From Eubacteriales bacterium (GTDB taxonomy: Bacteria; Bacillota; Clostridia; Oscillospirales; CAG-382): a stretch of 64,000 nt of DNA. The translations under genes were made by a program, and so were the position numbers. Under the pieces are notes generated by a model. The model saw only the letters and a list, made by a program, of their open reading frames with translations. It had not been told where the DNA came from and made no database searches. Location of the stretch: contig JAZQIW010000071.1 in assembly GCA_045541355.1 (NCBI GenBank), positions 7,795-71,794 of the forward strand, read 5' to 3'. Each line of letters starts with the position of its first letter. Position 1 is the first letter of the stretch. Positions 39,068-48,202 of this stretch are shown in pieces.

Positions 39068-39649
39068 ATGATAAAAGAACAAATCAAGATAGCCGACAGG
39101 CTGAATGAAAAGTATAACTCCAAGGAATATAAGGACTTGGTTTATGATCTTGAGAGCTGCATAATTGATATGTATTATCCGGAAAGCAAGGAGAATGATA
39201 CGGGAAAAGTGCAGGCAGCACGCGGAAAGGCAAAAATTGCATCGGTTATGCTTGATGAGATAGAAGAAAAAAGAGTGTTTGAAACTGTAAGACCTATACT
39301 TGTTGAGCTTGGAATCACACCCTCCGTCAAGGGCATGAGAATAATTGAGAGATGCGTGATAGAATGTGCAAGACTTGCGGTTGAGAATAAAAGGTATAAT
39401 ATGTCAGAGATTTATGAGACGGCAGGGAAGTTTTTTTCAATAACACCGCATAACGCAGAAAGACTTGCAAGGTATGCCTGTGATAAAGTCAGACCGACAA
39501 GAAACATAGTAATTAAATATCCTTTTCTTGAAGTGCTTACACATAGAACTGTCGAAAATGTAACAGTCAAAGAGCTGTGCGATGTGCTTGTCAGGTATGT
39601 TGTAGTAAAATGTAAATTCAGACAGAGAGGCACGTCAAGGCAGGATTAA
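39068..39649 (+). CDS. Spo0A C-terminal (DNA-binding) domain-like protein lacking a receiver domain
   Basis: GITPSVKGMRIIERCVIECA ... ITPHNAERLARYACDKV resembles the Spo0A_C helix-turn-helix core. No phospho-acceptor region is present. Confidence 0.45.
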   Translation: MIKEQIKIADRLNEKYNSKEYKDLVYDLESCIIDMYYPESKENDTGKVQAARGKAKIASVMLDEIEEKRVFETVRPILVELGITPSVKGMRIIERCVIECARLAVENKRYNMSEIYETAGKFFSITPHNAERLARYACDKVRPTRNIVIKYPFLEVLTHRTVENVTVKELCDVLVRYVVVKCKFRQRGTSRQD

Positions 39650-39668
39650 ATGAATAAAATATAATGGT

Positions 39669-39706
39669 AAAGCAGGCATAGCAGTATGGAGTAATGCCTG
39701 CTTTTT
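39669..39706 (+). terminator. rho-independent terminator
   Basis: aaagcaggcat-(14 nt)-atgcctgcttt followed by TT. Confidence 0.7.
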
Positions 39707-39793
39707 CTATGAATTAAGCAGTTGCAAAAAGAGCACGGATGTGGTATACTTTGCATTGTAAATCACATTTGAAAAAGGAAAAGAAGTGCCTTT

Positions 39794-40708
39794 ATGATTG
39801 AAGTATACCCGAGCTACTATAATAAATTCAAATGTATCGCCGATAGGTGCCGCCATAATTGCTGTATAGGCTGGGAAATAGATGTTGATGAAAAAACACT
39901 TTGCTTTTATAATACCCTTGACGGCGAAATGGGTGATAAAATAAGAAGAAGCATTGATGCAGAGTCTGCAAGCTTTACCCTTTGCGATGGGGAAAGATGT
40001 CCCATGCTTAATGAGAACGGACTTTGTGACATAATGCTGAAATACGGCCATGATGCCCTTTGCGATATATGCCGTAATCACCCGAGGTTTTCAAATGTTT
40101 ATTCCGGATTTTGCGAGACAGGGCTCGGACTGTGCTGTGAAGAAGCGGCAAGAATTGTACTTTCCGAAAAAGAGCCGTTTGTTGTACAATTGCCTGAGAA
40201 GGCGGTTCTTTCCGAGAGAGAAAAAGAATTTTTCGGTATACGAAATGAAATATTTGAAACTCTTCAAAATAGACAAAAGACCGTTTATCAACGCCTTTGT
40301 GACCTTGCAAAGAGCTTTGAACTTGATTTTCGCTTTGATATTGAAAAGCTCAGAAACACATACCTTTGCCTCGAAAGACTTGATGAAGCATGGACAGAAC
40401 GATTGAACGAACTAAGCTGCTTTTGCTTTGATGAAAAGGTGTTTTCGGAAGAGAAGTATCAGCTGCCCTTTGAGCAGCTTTCGGTGTACTTTGTTTTCCG
40501 ACACCTGACGGATGCCGTGTGGTACGGCGATTTCAGACAAAGAGTGGGCTTTGTTCTTGAAAGTGTGTATCTTTTGGGCGCACTTGTAGAAAAACGAAGC
40601 AGAAACGGCTCATTTGAAGAAATGGTTGATCTTGTCCGAATGTATTCAGCCGAGATTGAATATTCAACGGAAAATGTAGATTCACTTCTCGAACAAATGG
40701 TAATATAG
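39794..40708 (+). CDS. Cys-rich FliB-like (flagellin lysine-N-methylase family) protein
   Basis: N-terminal F.C....C...CC.GW.I.VD..T motif and a second cluster CP.L...GLC.I matches my memory of the FliB / YkgJ-type Zn/Fe-chelating family. Confidence 0.4.
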   Translation: MIEVYPSYYNKFKCIADRCRHNCCIGWEIDVDEKTLCFYNTLDGEMGDKIRRSIDAESASFTLCDGERCPMLNENGLCDIMLKYGHDALCDICRNHPRFSNVYSGFCETGLGLCCEEAARIVLSEKEPFVVQLPEKAVLSEREKEFFGIRNEIFETLQNRQKTVYQRLCDLAKSFELDFRFDIEKLRNTYLCLERLDEAWTERLNELSCFCFDEKVFSEEKYQLPFEQLSVYFVFRHLTDAVWYGDFRQRVGFVLESVYLLGALVEKRSRNGSFEEMVDLVRMYSAEIEYSTENVDSLLEQMVI

Positions 40709-40789
40709 AAGCATTTGGCCTTCCCGATGGGAAGGCTTTGCTGTTTGTTATATATTTTGGTAAAAAAATAAAAATATGGCGTAATGTGC

Positions 40790-40818
40790 TTGCAATTATA
40801 TCATATGTGGGTTATAAT
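40790..40818 (+). promoter_or_regulatory. sigma-A type promoter
   Basis: TTGCAA (40790-40795), 17 nt, TATAAT (40813-40818). Confidence 0.6.
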
Positions 40819-40878
40819 TAATTTGAATACGGATATCTTAATAAACTAATGAGAAGTCATAAGAAAGGAGCAGGATAA

Positions 40879-43863
40879 ATGAGAAAAGAAAACCCAAATC
40901 CATACCATCTTATCGATGATGAAATTCACTGGCCGGGTCACCATGAAGAAAGCGGATGGGATACCGATCATAGAGGTGCAGGTGCTTTTTACGGACAAAC
41001 ATATGAATACAGAACAGTAAAAAGCATTGGAAACGAGTTTCCCACCTTCAGGAGAAGAAATATCACCGAAGAAGTAAAGGGCGTTGTTACTCTCGAGGGT
41101 ACATATCGGATTGTGTCGGGAGACGGCTTTTACTTTGGCTTCTGGGGAAATAAGGGAAATGAAACAGAGGCATTTGTTTTAAGACAGAAGGATGGCTTTA
41201 TATATGCAGGTGATAAAAGGGCGTATCAATCCGATAATGCGTGGCATTACGTAAAGCTTGTTCTTGATATTGATAAGGGAGAATGTAAGCTTCACCTTGA
41301 TGGAAAATACCTTAAAACTCTTGCATTTACCGGAAAAGCAACAAGCCTTTGCCGTTTCCAGTTCGGTTATGAAGAGGGAAGCGTCGGCGAGGCTATGTTC
41401 TATGCTGACCTTGAGGTTTATAAAAACTATATTTTCCTTGACTCGCTTGTGCCCAAATATGAAGGGAATCTTCCCGAGGAATATGAAATCGAAAAAAGCG
41501 GCAAGGCTGTAATCGGCAGACGCCGTTACAGTCCCACTTCAAAGTATTCAAGCTATTATGTAAAAGCTTACAGCGGCAGCAACACAGTCATAAGCCGTGT
41601 CTTTGAAAGGGCAGAAGGAAATGTTTGTTTTGAAATGAAATATTATATTCCGAGAGCAGGAGGAAAGCTGACGGTCAGCCTTCTCAGCTCCGAATGTGAG
41701 GTTGTTTCAATTTATGATGAGCTTTGCGAAATACGCTGTAAAGACGGCGCTCTTCGCAGCCATTCGCCCAACGTCTGGCAGACTCTCAGAATTGAAGCCG
41801 ACACCAATACAAACACCGCCCTTGTGCGCCTTAACGGAAAGGTTTGCTCTACTATCAGCTTTGATAATTACGCGGAATATATAGATAAGGTGAGAATCGG
41901 CTTTGTTTGCGAAAAGGCACTTGAGCTTCAGATTTCCGACCTTAAGGCTTTTGTAATTCCTCCCTATCCCGCTGATTATGTACCCGAACCCGTAATACCA
42001 AAGAAGAAGGGCGATTACTATGTGGGTATGAATATCTGCTCACTTTGGAGAGAGGGCTCGCATTACGGCTGGGATTGTATTACACCCTTCCCCGAGAATA
42101 AGCCGCTTTTGGGATACTATGATGAGGGCATAACGGAAACTGCCGACTGGGAGCTTAAATGGATGGCAGAGCACGGCCTTGATTTTCAGCTTTACTGCTG
42201 GTATGCAAGCGAAAGTCATATGCCTATGCTAAAGACCATGCTTTCCGAAGAAATCCACGGCGGACATATGCTTGCAAAATACGGCGATAAGGTAAAGATA
42301 GCACTTCTTTGGGAGGCAGATACAGGTAAGCCCTCCTGTTTTGAGGATGTAAAGAATTACTTTGTGCCTTACTTTATAGACTACTTCTTCTCGGATCCAA
42401 GATATATGCAGATAGACGGAAAGGCAATCATGTCTATATATGCACCCGATAAGCTTGCAAGGGATCTCGGTGGACCGCAGGTTGTTAAAAGGTGTATTGA
42501 ATACCTCAGAAAAGAGGTCAAAAAGCTTGGGTATAAAGACCTTATAGTTATGTGCTGCGGTGATAATAAACCCATTTATAAGGAATGCGGAATTGAAGCT
42601 GTTCACGCGTATAATTGGGGCATTAACGGCTGGGATGTTGAGTTTACAAAGGGTAGAATTCTCGGAAATATCAGAGAAGGCTCTACCCATACCGTACCTA
42701 CCGTTTCCATGGGCTTTAACCATGCCGGCTGGACAGGCATCCGTACCCCTGTTCTCGAGCCTTGTGATATGCATACTCTTCTTGAATGGTCAAAGGATGA
42801 GATTCTTACAAAGCAGGATAAGAATAGCTGGAAATCAAAGCTCGTAATGCTCTCTACCTGGAACGAATACGGTGAGGGAACATATATGATGCCTGCGGGT
42901 GTTCACGGCTTTGGCTATCTCGATGCACTCAGAGCTTCCTTCCTTGAGGATGTGCCCCATGTTGATGTAGCTCCAAATCAGGATCAGCTTGACAGAATAT
43001 GTATTCTTCATCCTCAGGACAGAATACTTCTTGCCCCGCAGGATAATATGACCAAAGATACAACCGAATATCCCATAATTAAAAAATACGAATTTAAGAC
43101 AAAGCAAGACCTTGAAAAGTGGGAAATCCATCAGCTTACAAGCTATGAAATTCGTGACGGAAAGCTCTGCGGACATTCCGAGCAGGCAGATCCGTATATG
43201 ATTTTGAAGGACGATGATTTTCTTCCTGTTTCCACCGAAAAAATCGGAAAGATTGTTGCACATTGCCGAACCTATAAGCCTGTGGATGCTACTTGCTGTA
43301 TTCAGTGTTTCTTTAAGTTCAATAAGGAAAACTGGCATAATTGGCCTATTTCCAGACTTTCTGTGCCCGATAAGGTTGTGCCTCTCACCCTTGATCCAAA
43401 GAATGAGCATAAATTCCCTTGGCATGAAACGATATACGGCTTCCGCTTTGACCCTGTGTTCATGGAGGGCGATTTTGAGCTTGAAAGCATCGAGTTCTAT
43501 GCAGCACCCGAGCATAAGCTTCTAAAGATTGACGGTAAAATTTATGACCTTGCGCAGATGCCGTATGAGGAAGACGGAACGGTGTATATTCCGTTTGACA
43601 CCAAGAGTGAGCTTAAAAAGCTTGACAATATGTACTATGAGTGGAGCCATACACTTGAGACCCTTACTGTTTACGGCGTAAAGACAGCGGTATTTACAAA
43701 GGATAGCGATGAGGCAGTAATTGACGGGGAAACGGTAAAGCTTGTAAAGCCCTTTACCTTTGTTGACGGTATACCGCATATTCAGGCAGATGTGCTTTGT
43801 GAGCTGATTGATAAAAAGCTTAGCTTTGATGAATTTGAAGTACGCCTTGATTCTAAAAAATAA
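40879..43863 (+). CDS. leaderless multidomain protein with two N-terminal beta-sandwich (LamG-like) modules, a WbsX/GH99-like catalytic domain, a beta-sandwich and a copper-amine-oxidase-N-like C-terminal domain
   Basis: aaggagc RBS. Core motifs GYYDEG..E.ADWELKWMAEHGLDF..YCWY and STWNEYGEGTYM resemble the WbsX/GH99-like fold. C-terminal KIDGK...DGTVYIPFD...VIDGETVKL pattern. No signal peptide. Confidence 0.55.
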   Translation: MRKENPNPYHLIDDEIHWPGHHEESGWDTDHRGAGAFYGQTYEYRTVKSIGNEFPTFRRRNITEEVKGVVTLEGTYRIVSGDGFYFGFWGNKGNETEAFVLRQKDGFIYAGDKRAYQSDNAWHYVKLVLDIDKGECKLHLDGKYLKTLAFTGKATSLCRFQFGYEEGSVGEAMFYADLEVYKNYIFLDSLVPKYEGNLPEEYEIEKSGKAVIGRRRYSPTSKYSSYYVKAYSGSNTVISRVFERAEGNVCFEMKYYIPRAGGKLTVSLLSSECEVVSIYDELCEIRCKDGALRSHSPNVWQTLRIEADTNTNTALVRLNGKVCSTISFDNYAEYIDKVRIGFVCEKALELQISDLKAFVIPPYPADYVPEPVIPKKKGDYYVGMNICSLWREGSHYGWDCITPFPENKPLLGYYDEGITETADWELKWMAEHGLDFQLYCWYASESHMPMLKTMLSEEIHGGHMLAKYGDKVKIALLWEADTGKPSCFEDVKNYFVPYFIDYFFSDPRYMQIDGKAIMSIYAPDKLARDLGGPQVVKRCIEYLRKEVKKLGYKDLIVMCCGDNKPIYKECGIEAVHAYNWGINGWDVEFTKGRILGNIREGSTHTVPTVSMGFNHAGWTGIRTPVLEPCDMHTLLEWSKDEILTKQDKNSWKSKLVMLSTWNEYGEGTYMMPAGVHGFGYLDALRASFLEDVPHVDVAPNQDQLDRICILHPQDRILLAPQDNMTKDTTEYPIIKKYEFKTKQDLEKWEIHQLTSYEIRDGKLCGHSEQADPYMILKDDDFLPVSTEKIGKIVAHCRTYKPVDATCCIQCFFKFNKENWHNWPISRLSVPDKVVPLTLDPKNEHKFPWHETIYGFRFDPVFMEGDFELESIEFYAAPEHKLLKIDGKIYDLAQMPYEEDGTVYIPFDTKSELKKLDNMYYEWSHTLETLTVYGVKTAVFTKDSDEAVIDGETVKLVKPFTFVDGIPHIQADVLCELIDKKLSFDEFEVRLDSKK

Positions 43864-43908
43864 AACTTTTGCTTATACTACTCTTTTTAATGGAAAGGAA
43901 AGCTTATT

Positions 43909-46900
43909 ATGAAGCAGGATAACAGAAGAACAAAGGACGCAGTATATGTCGTAGAAGACCTGTATATGCATGAAAAAAATCATCAGATTCCTTCGGGATA
44001 TGACCTTGATGCAAGGGGCGCAAAATATCCGAATAACATCTTTTGGAATAGAGGATATACCCTTGAAACGGATGATAGCCTTAATGCAAATGCCACTCTT
44101 TCGAGACGCTTTATGCCCATAAGAGAAGGCAGGGCAGGGCTGAATTTCATTTTCAGCATAGAAAGAGGAGACGGCTTTTTTATTGAATTTCTCGATACCG
44201 AAGATAAGCCCGCGTTTACTCTTACCCAGAAAAACGATATGTTTTACTGGAATGAAACAAGGCTGGCTGTTGAGGCTTCAAAAAAGACTCATAGCATGAC
44301 AGTGGAGTTTGATATAGAAAAAAAGAAAGCGCTTGTTTGCTTTGGCGGTAAATACGTCGGAACATATTGCCTTCTTTCTGAAAATATTGCAAGATATATC
44401 GCAGGCTACCGTAATGGTGCAAAGGGTAAATGTGTTCTTAAGCAGACACACCTGCATATAAACTATATTGTAAATGACAGAAATGAAGTTCATGCTGACG
44501 GAAATCTTGCTTACGGCTGGGAGCTTGATAAGCAGCAGGGAACAGATGCATATGTCAGCTATTATTATGAGGGAGTAAAGCATTATACAAATGTTATGAC
44601 CGCAGAGGCGGGGAAAAATGCTGTCTGCCGCAGAAGCTTTGACAAGGCTGACGGAAATATCTGCTTTGAAATAAAGTATCTTACAAAGACAGAGGATAAA
44701 GAGGGCGTAAGTTTTTCACTTACCGCAGACGGAAAAGACATTGTTGCCGTTTCAGATACGGGAACAAAGCTCCTTTCACCCGATGGTGAGCTTCTTCGTA
44801 AGCATAATCCTTATGTCTGGCAAACCCTTAATGTCATGGCTGATACAAATACCCACATAGCAAGCATTTCTCTTAACGGCAAAAAGTGCGGCGAATTTGC
44901 TTTTGATAAGGAATGCTGCGGCTTTGACGGCATAAAGCTTTCATACTCGCCCGAAAACGGCGGCATCATGAAGTTCAGCGATGTGTTTGTTTATGAAATT
45001 CAGCCCGAGCCCGAGGATTATCCGAAGCCTCCCGTTCTTCCCGAAAAGGATGATAGATATTTTACCGGTATGAATATTTGCTCGCTTTGGAGACACGGTG
45101 AACACGTAGGCTGGGATGCAATAAGTGCATTCAAGGATAACCTTACATATCTCGGCTTCTATGACGAGGGCCTCAGAGAGGTTGCCGACTGGGAAATCAA
45201 GTGGATGGCAGAGCATGGTGTAGACTGTGAGTTTTATTGCTGGTATGCAAGCCAGACTAAGGCTCCGAATATGAAAACAATGCTGTCCGATGCAATTCAT
45301 AACGGACATTTCAAGGCAAAGTACGCTGATTATATGAAGCTTGCACTTATATGGGAAGCCGGTGCCGGCTGTCCTGCTTCTCCGAGTGAGGTTGAAAAGT
45401 ATTATATACCTTATTTCGAGGACTATTTCTTTACCGATCCGAGATATTTCCAAATAGACGGCGTTGCTATAATGGCAATTTATAATATCGAAAAGGTTGC
45501 ACGCGACCTTGGCGGCTATGATAAGGTAAGGGAGGTTGTAGAGCTTCTTCGTGCATCTGTCAAGAGATGCGGATACCGAGATCTTGCAATTCTTACCTGC
45601 GGAGAACCGAGTGAAAACAGAAAATTTGCAGGAGTCGATTCTGTTTATGCTTATAACTGGGGACATTACAGCTATGATCCCGATTATCAGAAGAGTAGAA
45701 TGCAAAACCAGATTGATAGCGGCATTCTCCATGTTGTGCCTACTGTTTCCGTAGGATATAACGATGTGGCATGGAGAAAGGCAAGATACCCAATGCTTGA
45801 ATGTGAGGATATGAAGAAGGTGCTTGACTGGTTTAAGAGTGATTTGCTTCCTTCCTATTCCAATCTTGATGAGCAGTGGAAGAAAAAGCTGATTATGCTC
45901 TCTACCTGGAACGAGTACGGTGAAGGTACATATATGTGCCCGAATAATCTTAATGGCTTTGGCTATCTTAATGAGGTCAGAAAGGCGCTTACTAAAAACG
46001 GTGATGCATATGAGTCGGATGTGCCCTCGGAAAAGGTGCTTGACAGACTCGGCTATATGTATCCCAAAGGACGTAGACTTTTAAGTGCTCTTCTTTATAC
46101 AAGCAAGGAATGTCCCGAAAAGTTAGTTGAGGAATATAGGTTTGACACACCCGAGGCGATGAATAAAATTGAGTGCTTAAATGACGTTGAGCTTTCCTTT
46201 GAGGACGGCAAAGTGTGCGGAAAAGCCAACGCTAATGACCCGCAGATTATTTTTGATGTCGATATTGACGCACAAAAGGTTGACGGCATAGGCATAAAAT
46301 TTGTTTCTGCTGCGGGAAATTCGAAATTGAATAGGGAAAATCCCATTACTTCTCCCGTACAGATGTTCTTCATGAGAGAAGAAGATGCAGGATTTAGCAG
46401 CAAAAGAATTTTTGAGGTTGATTTAATGGCTCCCGATAAATCACTTGTGATGCTGACAAAGGAAAACCCCGAATGGAATGGCAGAATTACCCGTTTAAGA
46501 ATCGACCCGACACCCGCGAAGGGTATCTTTGAAATCGAAAGCTTAAAGACACTCAGCTTTGATGACGGTAAGATAAGATACAAAACCTTTGTTGATAATG
46601 CTGAGTATGACTGTCATTTCAGAACAAAGATGGTGGATGGAAAACTCTTTATCAGCTTTGAACCCCTTCGCCATATCCATGTGCTTACAAGAACTTACTT
46701 TGAGTGGGATGACGAAGAGCAGACTTTGATGATTAAGTCCTACAACGATAAAACTTCATATTGGACAATGGGTAAGGATACAGCACTTGTTGACGGAAAG
46801 ACTGTTAAGCTTCCTGCAAAGCTTGAGCTTTATGATGGACTTCCTTATCTTCCGCTTGATGAATTCTGTATGGCTGCAGAATGTGAGTATAGCGTTGATG

Positions 46901-46941
46901 GCGACAGAATTGATATCAAAACCTGTATAAATAAAATATAA
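43909..46941 (+). CDS. paralog of the preceding gene with the same LamG-like / WbsX-GH99-like / CuAO-N-like architecture
   Basis: Collinear with 40879-43863 over the whole length (GMNICSLWR.G.H.GWD, WMAEHG.D, PTVS.G.N, LSTWNEYGEGTYM). No signal peptide. Confidence 0.55.
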   Translation: MKQDNRRTKDAVYVVEDLYMHEKNHQIPSGYDLDARGAKYPNNIFWNRGYTLETDDSLNANATLSRRFMPIREGRAGLNFIFSIERGDGFFIEFLDTEDKPAFTLTQKNDMFYWNETRLAVEASKKTHSMTVEFDIEKKKALVCFGGKYVGTYCLLSENIARYIAGYRNGAKGKCVLKQTHLHINYIVNDRNEVHADGNLAYGWELDKQQGTDAYVSYYYEGVKHYTNVMTAEAGKNAVCRRSFDKADGNICFEIKYLTKTEDKEGVSFSLTADGKDIVAVSDTGTKLLSPDGELLRKHNPYVWQTLNVMADTNTHIASISLNGKKCGEFAFDKECCGFDGIKLSYSPENGGIMKFSDVFVYEIQPEPEDYPKPPVLPEKDDRYFTGMNICSLWRHGEHVGWDAISAFKDNLTYLGFYDEGLREVADWEIKWMAEHGVDCEFYCWYASQTKAPNMKTMLSDAIHNGHFKAKYADYMKLALIWEAGAGCPASPSEVEKYYIPYFEDYFFTDPRYFQIDGVAIMAIYNIEKVARDLGGYDKVREVVELLRASVKRCGYRDLAILTCGEPSENRKFAGVDSVYAYNWGHYSYDPDYQKSRMQNQIDSGILHVVPTVSVGYNDVAWRKARYPMLECEDMKKVLDWFKSDLLPSYSNLDEQWKKKLIMLSTWNEYGEGTYMCPNNLNGFGYLNEVRKALTKNGDAYESDVPSEKVLDRLGYMYPKGRRLLSALLYTSKECPEKLVEEYRFDTPEAMNKIECLNDVELSFEDGKVCGKANANDPQIIFDVDIDAQKVDGIGIKFVSAAGNSKLNRENPITSPVQMFFMREEDAGFSSKRIFEVDLMAPDKSLVMLTKENPEWNGRITRLRIDPTPAKGIFEIESLKTLSFDDGKIRYKTFVDNAEYDCHFRTKMVDGKLFISFEPLRHIHVLTRTYFEWDDEEQTLMIKSYNDKTSYWTMGKDTALVDGKTVKLPAKLELYDGLPYLPLDEFCMAAECEYSVDGDRIDIKTCINKI

Positions 46942-46997
46942 TCCTATTGTATTGGCGTTTGCGTGAATATGGTTGGTAAAAACGGATAACAAAAAGC

Positions 46998-47037
46998 ATC
47001 CTCCCGTGGTATATAAAAGTATCATGGGAGGATTTTT
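46998..47037 (+). terminator. rho-independent terminator
   Basis: atcctccc...gggaggat stem followed by TTTTT. Confidence 0.7.
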
Positions 47038-47180
47038 GTGCTGTTCCAAAAAAATGAGGGTATAGCGCTTCTGCGTAAGTTTTTACAAAAAAAACATATT
47101 TTTTGCACAAAAAAAGTAACACATAAAGTTGCTTTGGTGCTATACTTTATAGCAGTTTGATATAATTTGCAGGTGAAAAA

Positions 47181-48053
47181 ATGATAGAACTTAAAATAAC
47201 CGATGTAAGACCTCTTTCGGGGGATAGCGGCTTTCTCATAGATGACGGAGAAACCTCGGTGCTGTATGATACGGGCTTCGGCTTTACGGGGGATAGGCTT
47301 GCGGAAAACATAAAGAAAGAGCTTGGCGAGAGAAGGCTTGATTATATTTTTCTCACCCACTCTCATTATGACCATGCCTTGGGAGCGGTTTATGTACAGA
47401 AAATGTATCCCGAAGCTAAGATTGTGGCGGGTGAATATGCTGCAAGAATTTTTGAAAAACCCTCGGCAAAGTCCACAATGCGCCGTCTTGACAGAAGGTT
47501 TGCACGTAAATGCGGAGTGTATGAATATGAGGACCTTATAGATAACCTTAAGGTTGATATTGCCGTAAATGACGGCGATAAGGTAAAGGCAGGTAAAATG
47601 ACTTTTACCGTCATTAATCTTCCGGGACATACAAAATGCTCAGTCGGCTTTTATCTTGAGGAGAATAAGCTTCTTCTCAACTCCGAAACCCTCGGTGTAT
47701 ATTTCGGAGAAAATACAATTCTTCCTATATGCCTTGTGGGCTATAAGATGTCCCTCGACTCTTTTAAAAGGGTGGAGGGATTGGATATAGAGAATATGCT
47801 TGTTCCTCACTACGGACTTCTTGATAAAAAGCAGACAAGCTTCTTCCTTGAGAACTCCGAAAAGGTGCTGAGACAAACCGCCGAGCACGTAAAGGAAATC
47901 TTTTCGGCAGGCGGAACGGCAAACGATGCTCTTAAATTCTTTGAACAGAACTTCTATACCGAAACCATTCGACCGACATACCCGATAGATGCATTTTTGC
48001 TTAATACAGGTATTATGATTGAGCTGATAAAAAAAGAGCTTATTGATGCTTGA
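47181..48053 (+). CDS. MBL-fold metallo-hydrolase
   Basis: LTHSHYDH motif (HxHxDH) at the expected position. 290 aa. Confidence 0.75.
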   Translation: MIELKITDVRPLSGDSGFLIDDGETSVLYDTGFGFTGDRLAENIKKELGERRLDYIFLTHSHYDHALGAVYVQKMYPEAKIVAGEYAARIFEKPSAKSTMRRLDRRFARKCGVYEYEDLIDNLKVDIAVNDGDKVKAGKMTFTVINLPGHTKCSVGFYLEENKLLLNSETLGVYFGENTILPICLVGYKMSLDSFKRVEGLDIENMLVPHYGLLDKKQTSFFLENSEKVLRQTAEHVKEIFSAGGTANDALKFFEQNFYTETIRPTYPIDAFLLNTGIMIELIKKELIDA

Positions 48054-48074
48054 TTTTTGTTTTTGTTGCAAAAC

Positions 48075-48108
48075 CGCAAAGCTATACACGGCTTTGCGTG
48101 TTTTTTTT
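48075..48108 (+). terminator. rho-independent terminator
   Basis: cgcaaagc-tatacacg-gctttgcg followed by T8. Confidence 0.7.
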
Positions 48109-48202
48109 GAATGTGTTAGTCTGATATTATATAGATTGTACCTAAAATCGCATTGACTTACAAAATAATTCCAAGTATAATGATGAAAAAAGGAGTGATC
48201 GC

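Noticed and set aside
44941-45732. Long minus-strand ORFs within sugar genes (also 42835-43515, 48872-49738, 51611-52405, 52642-53154, 53215-53799)
   Set aside because: All are nested antisense to genes with recognisable domains. They have no RBS and implausible composition rich in Cys, Ile and Phe.
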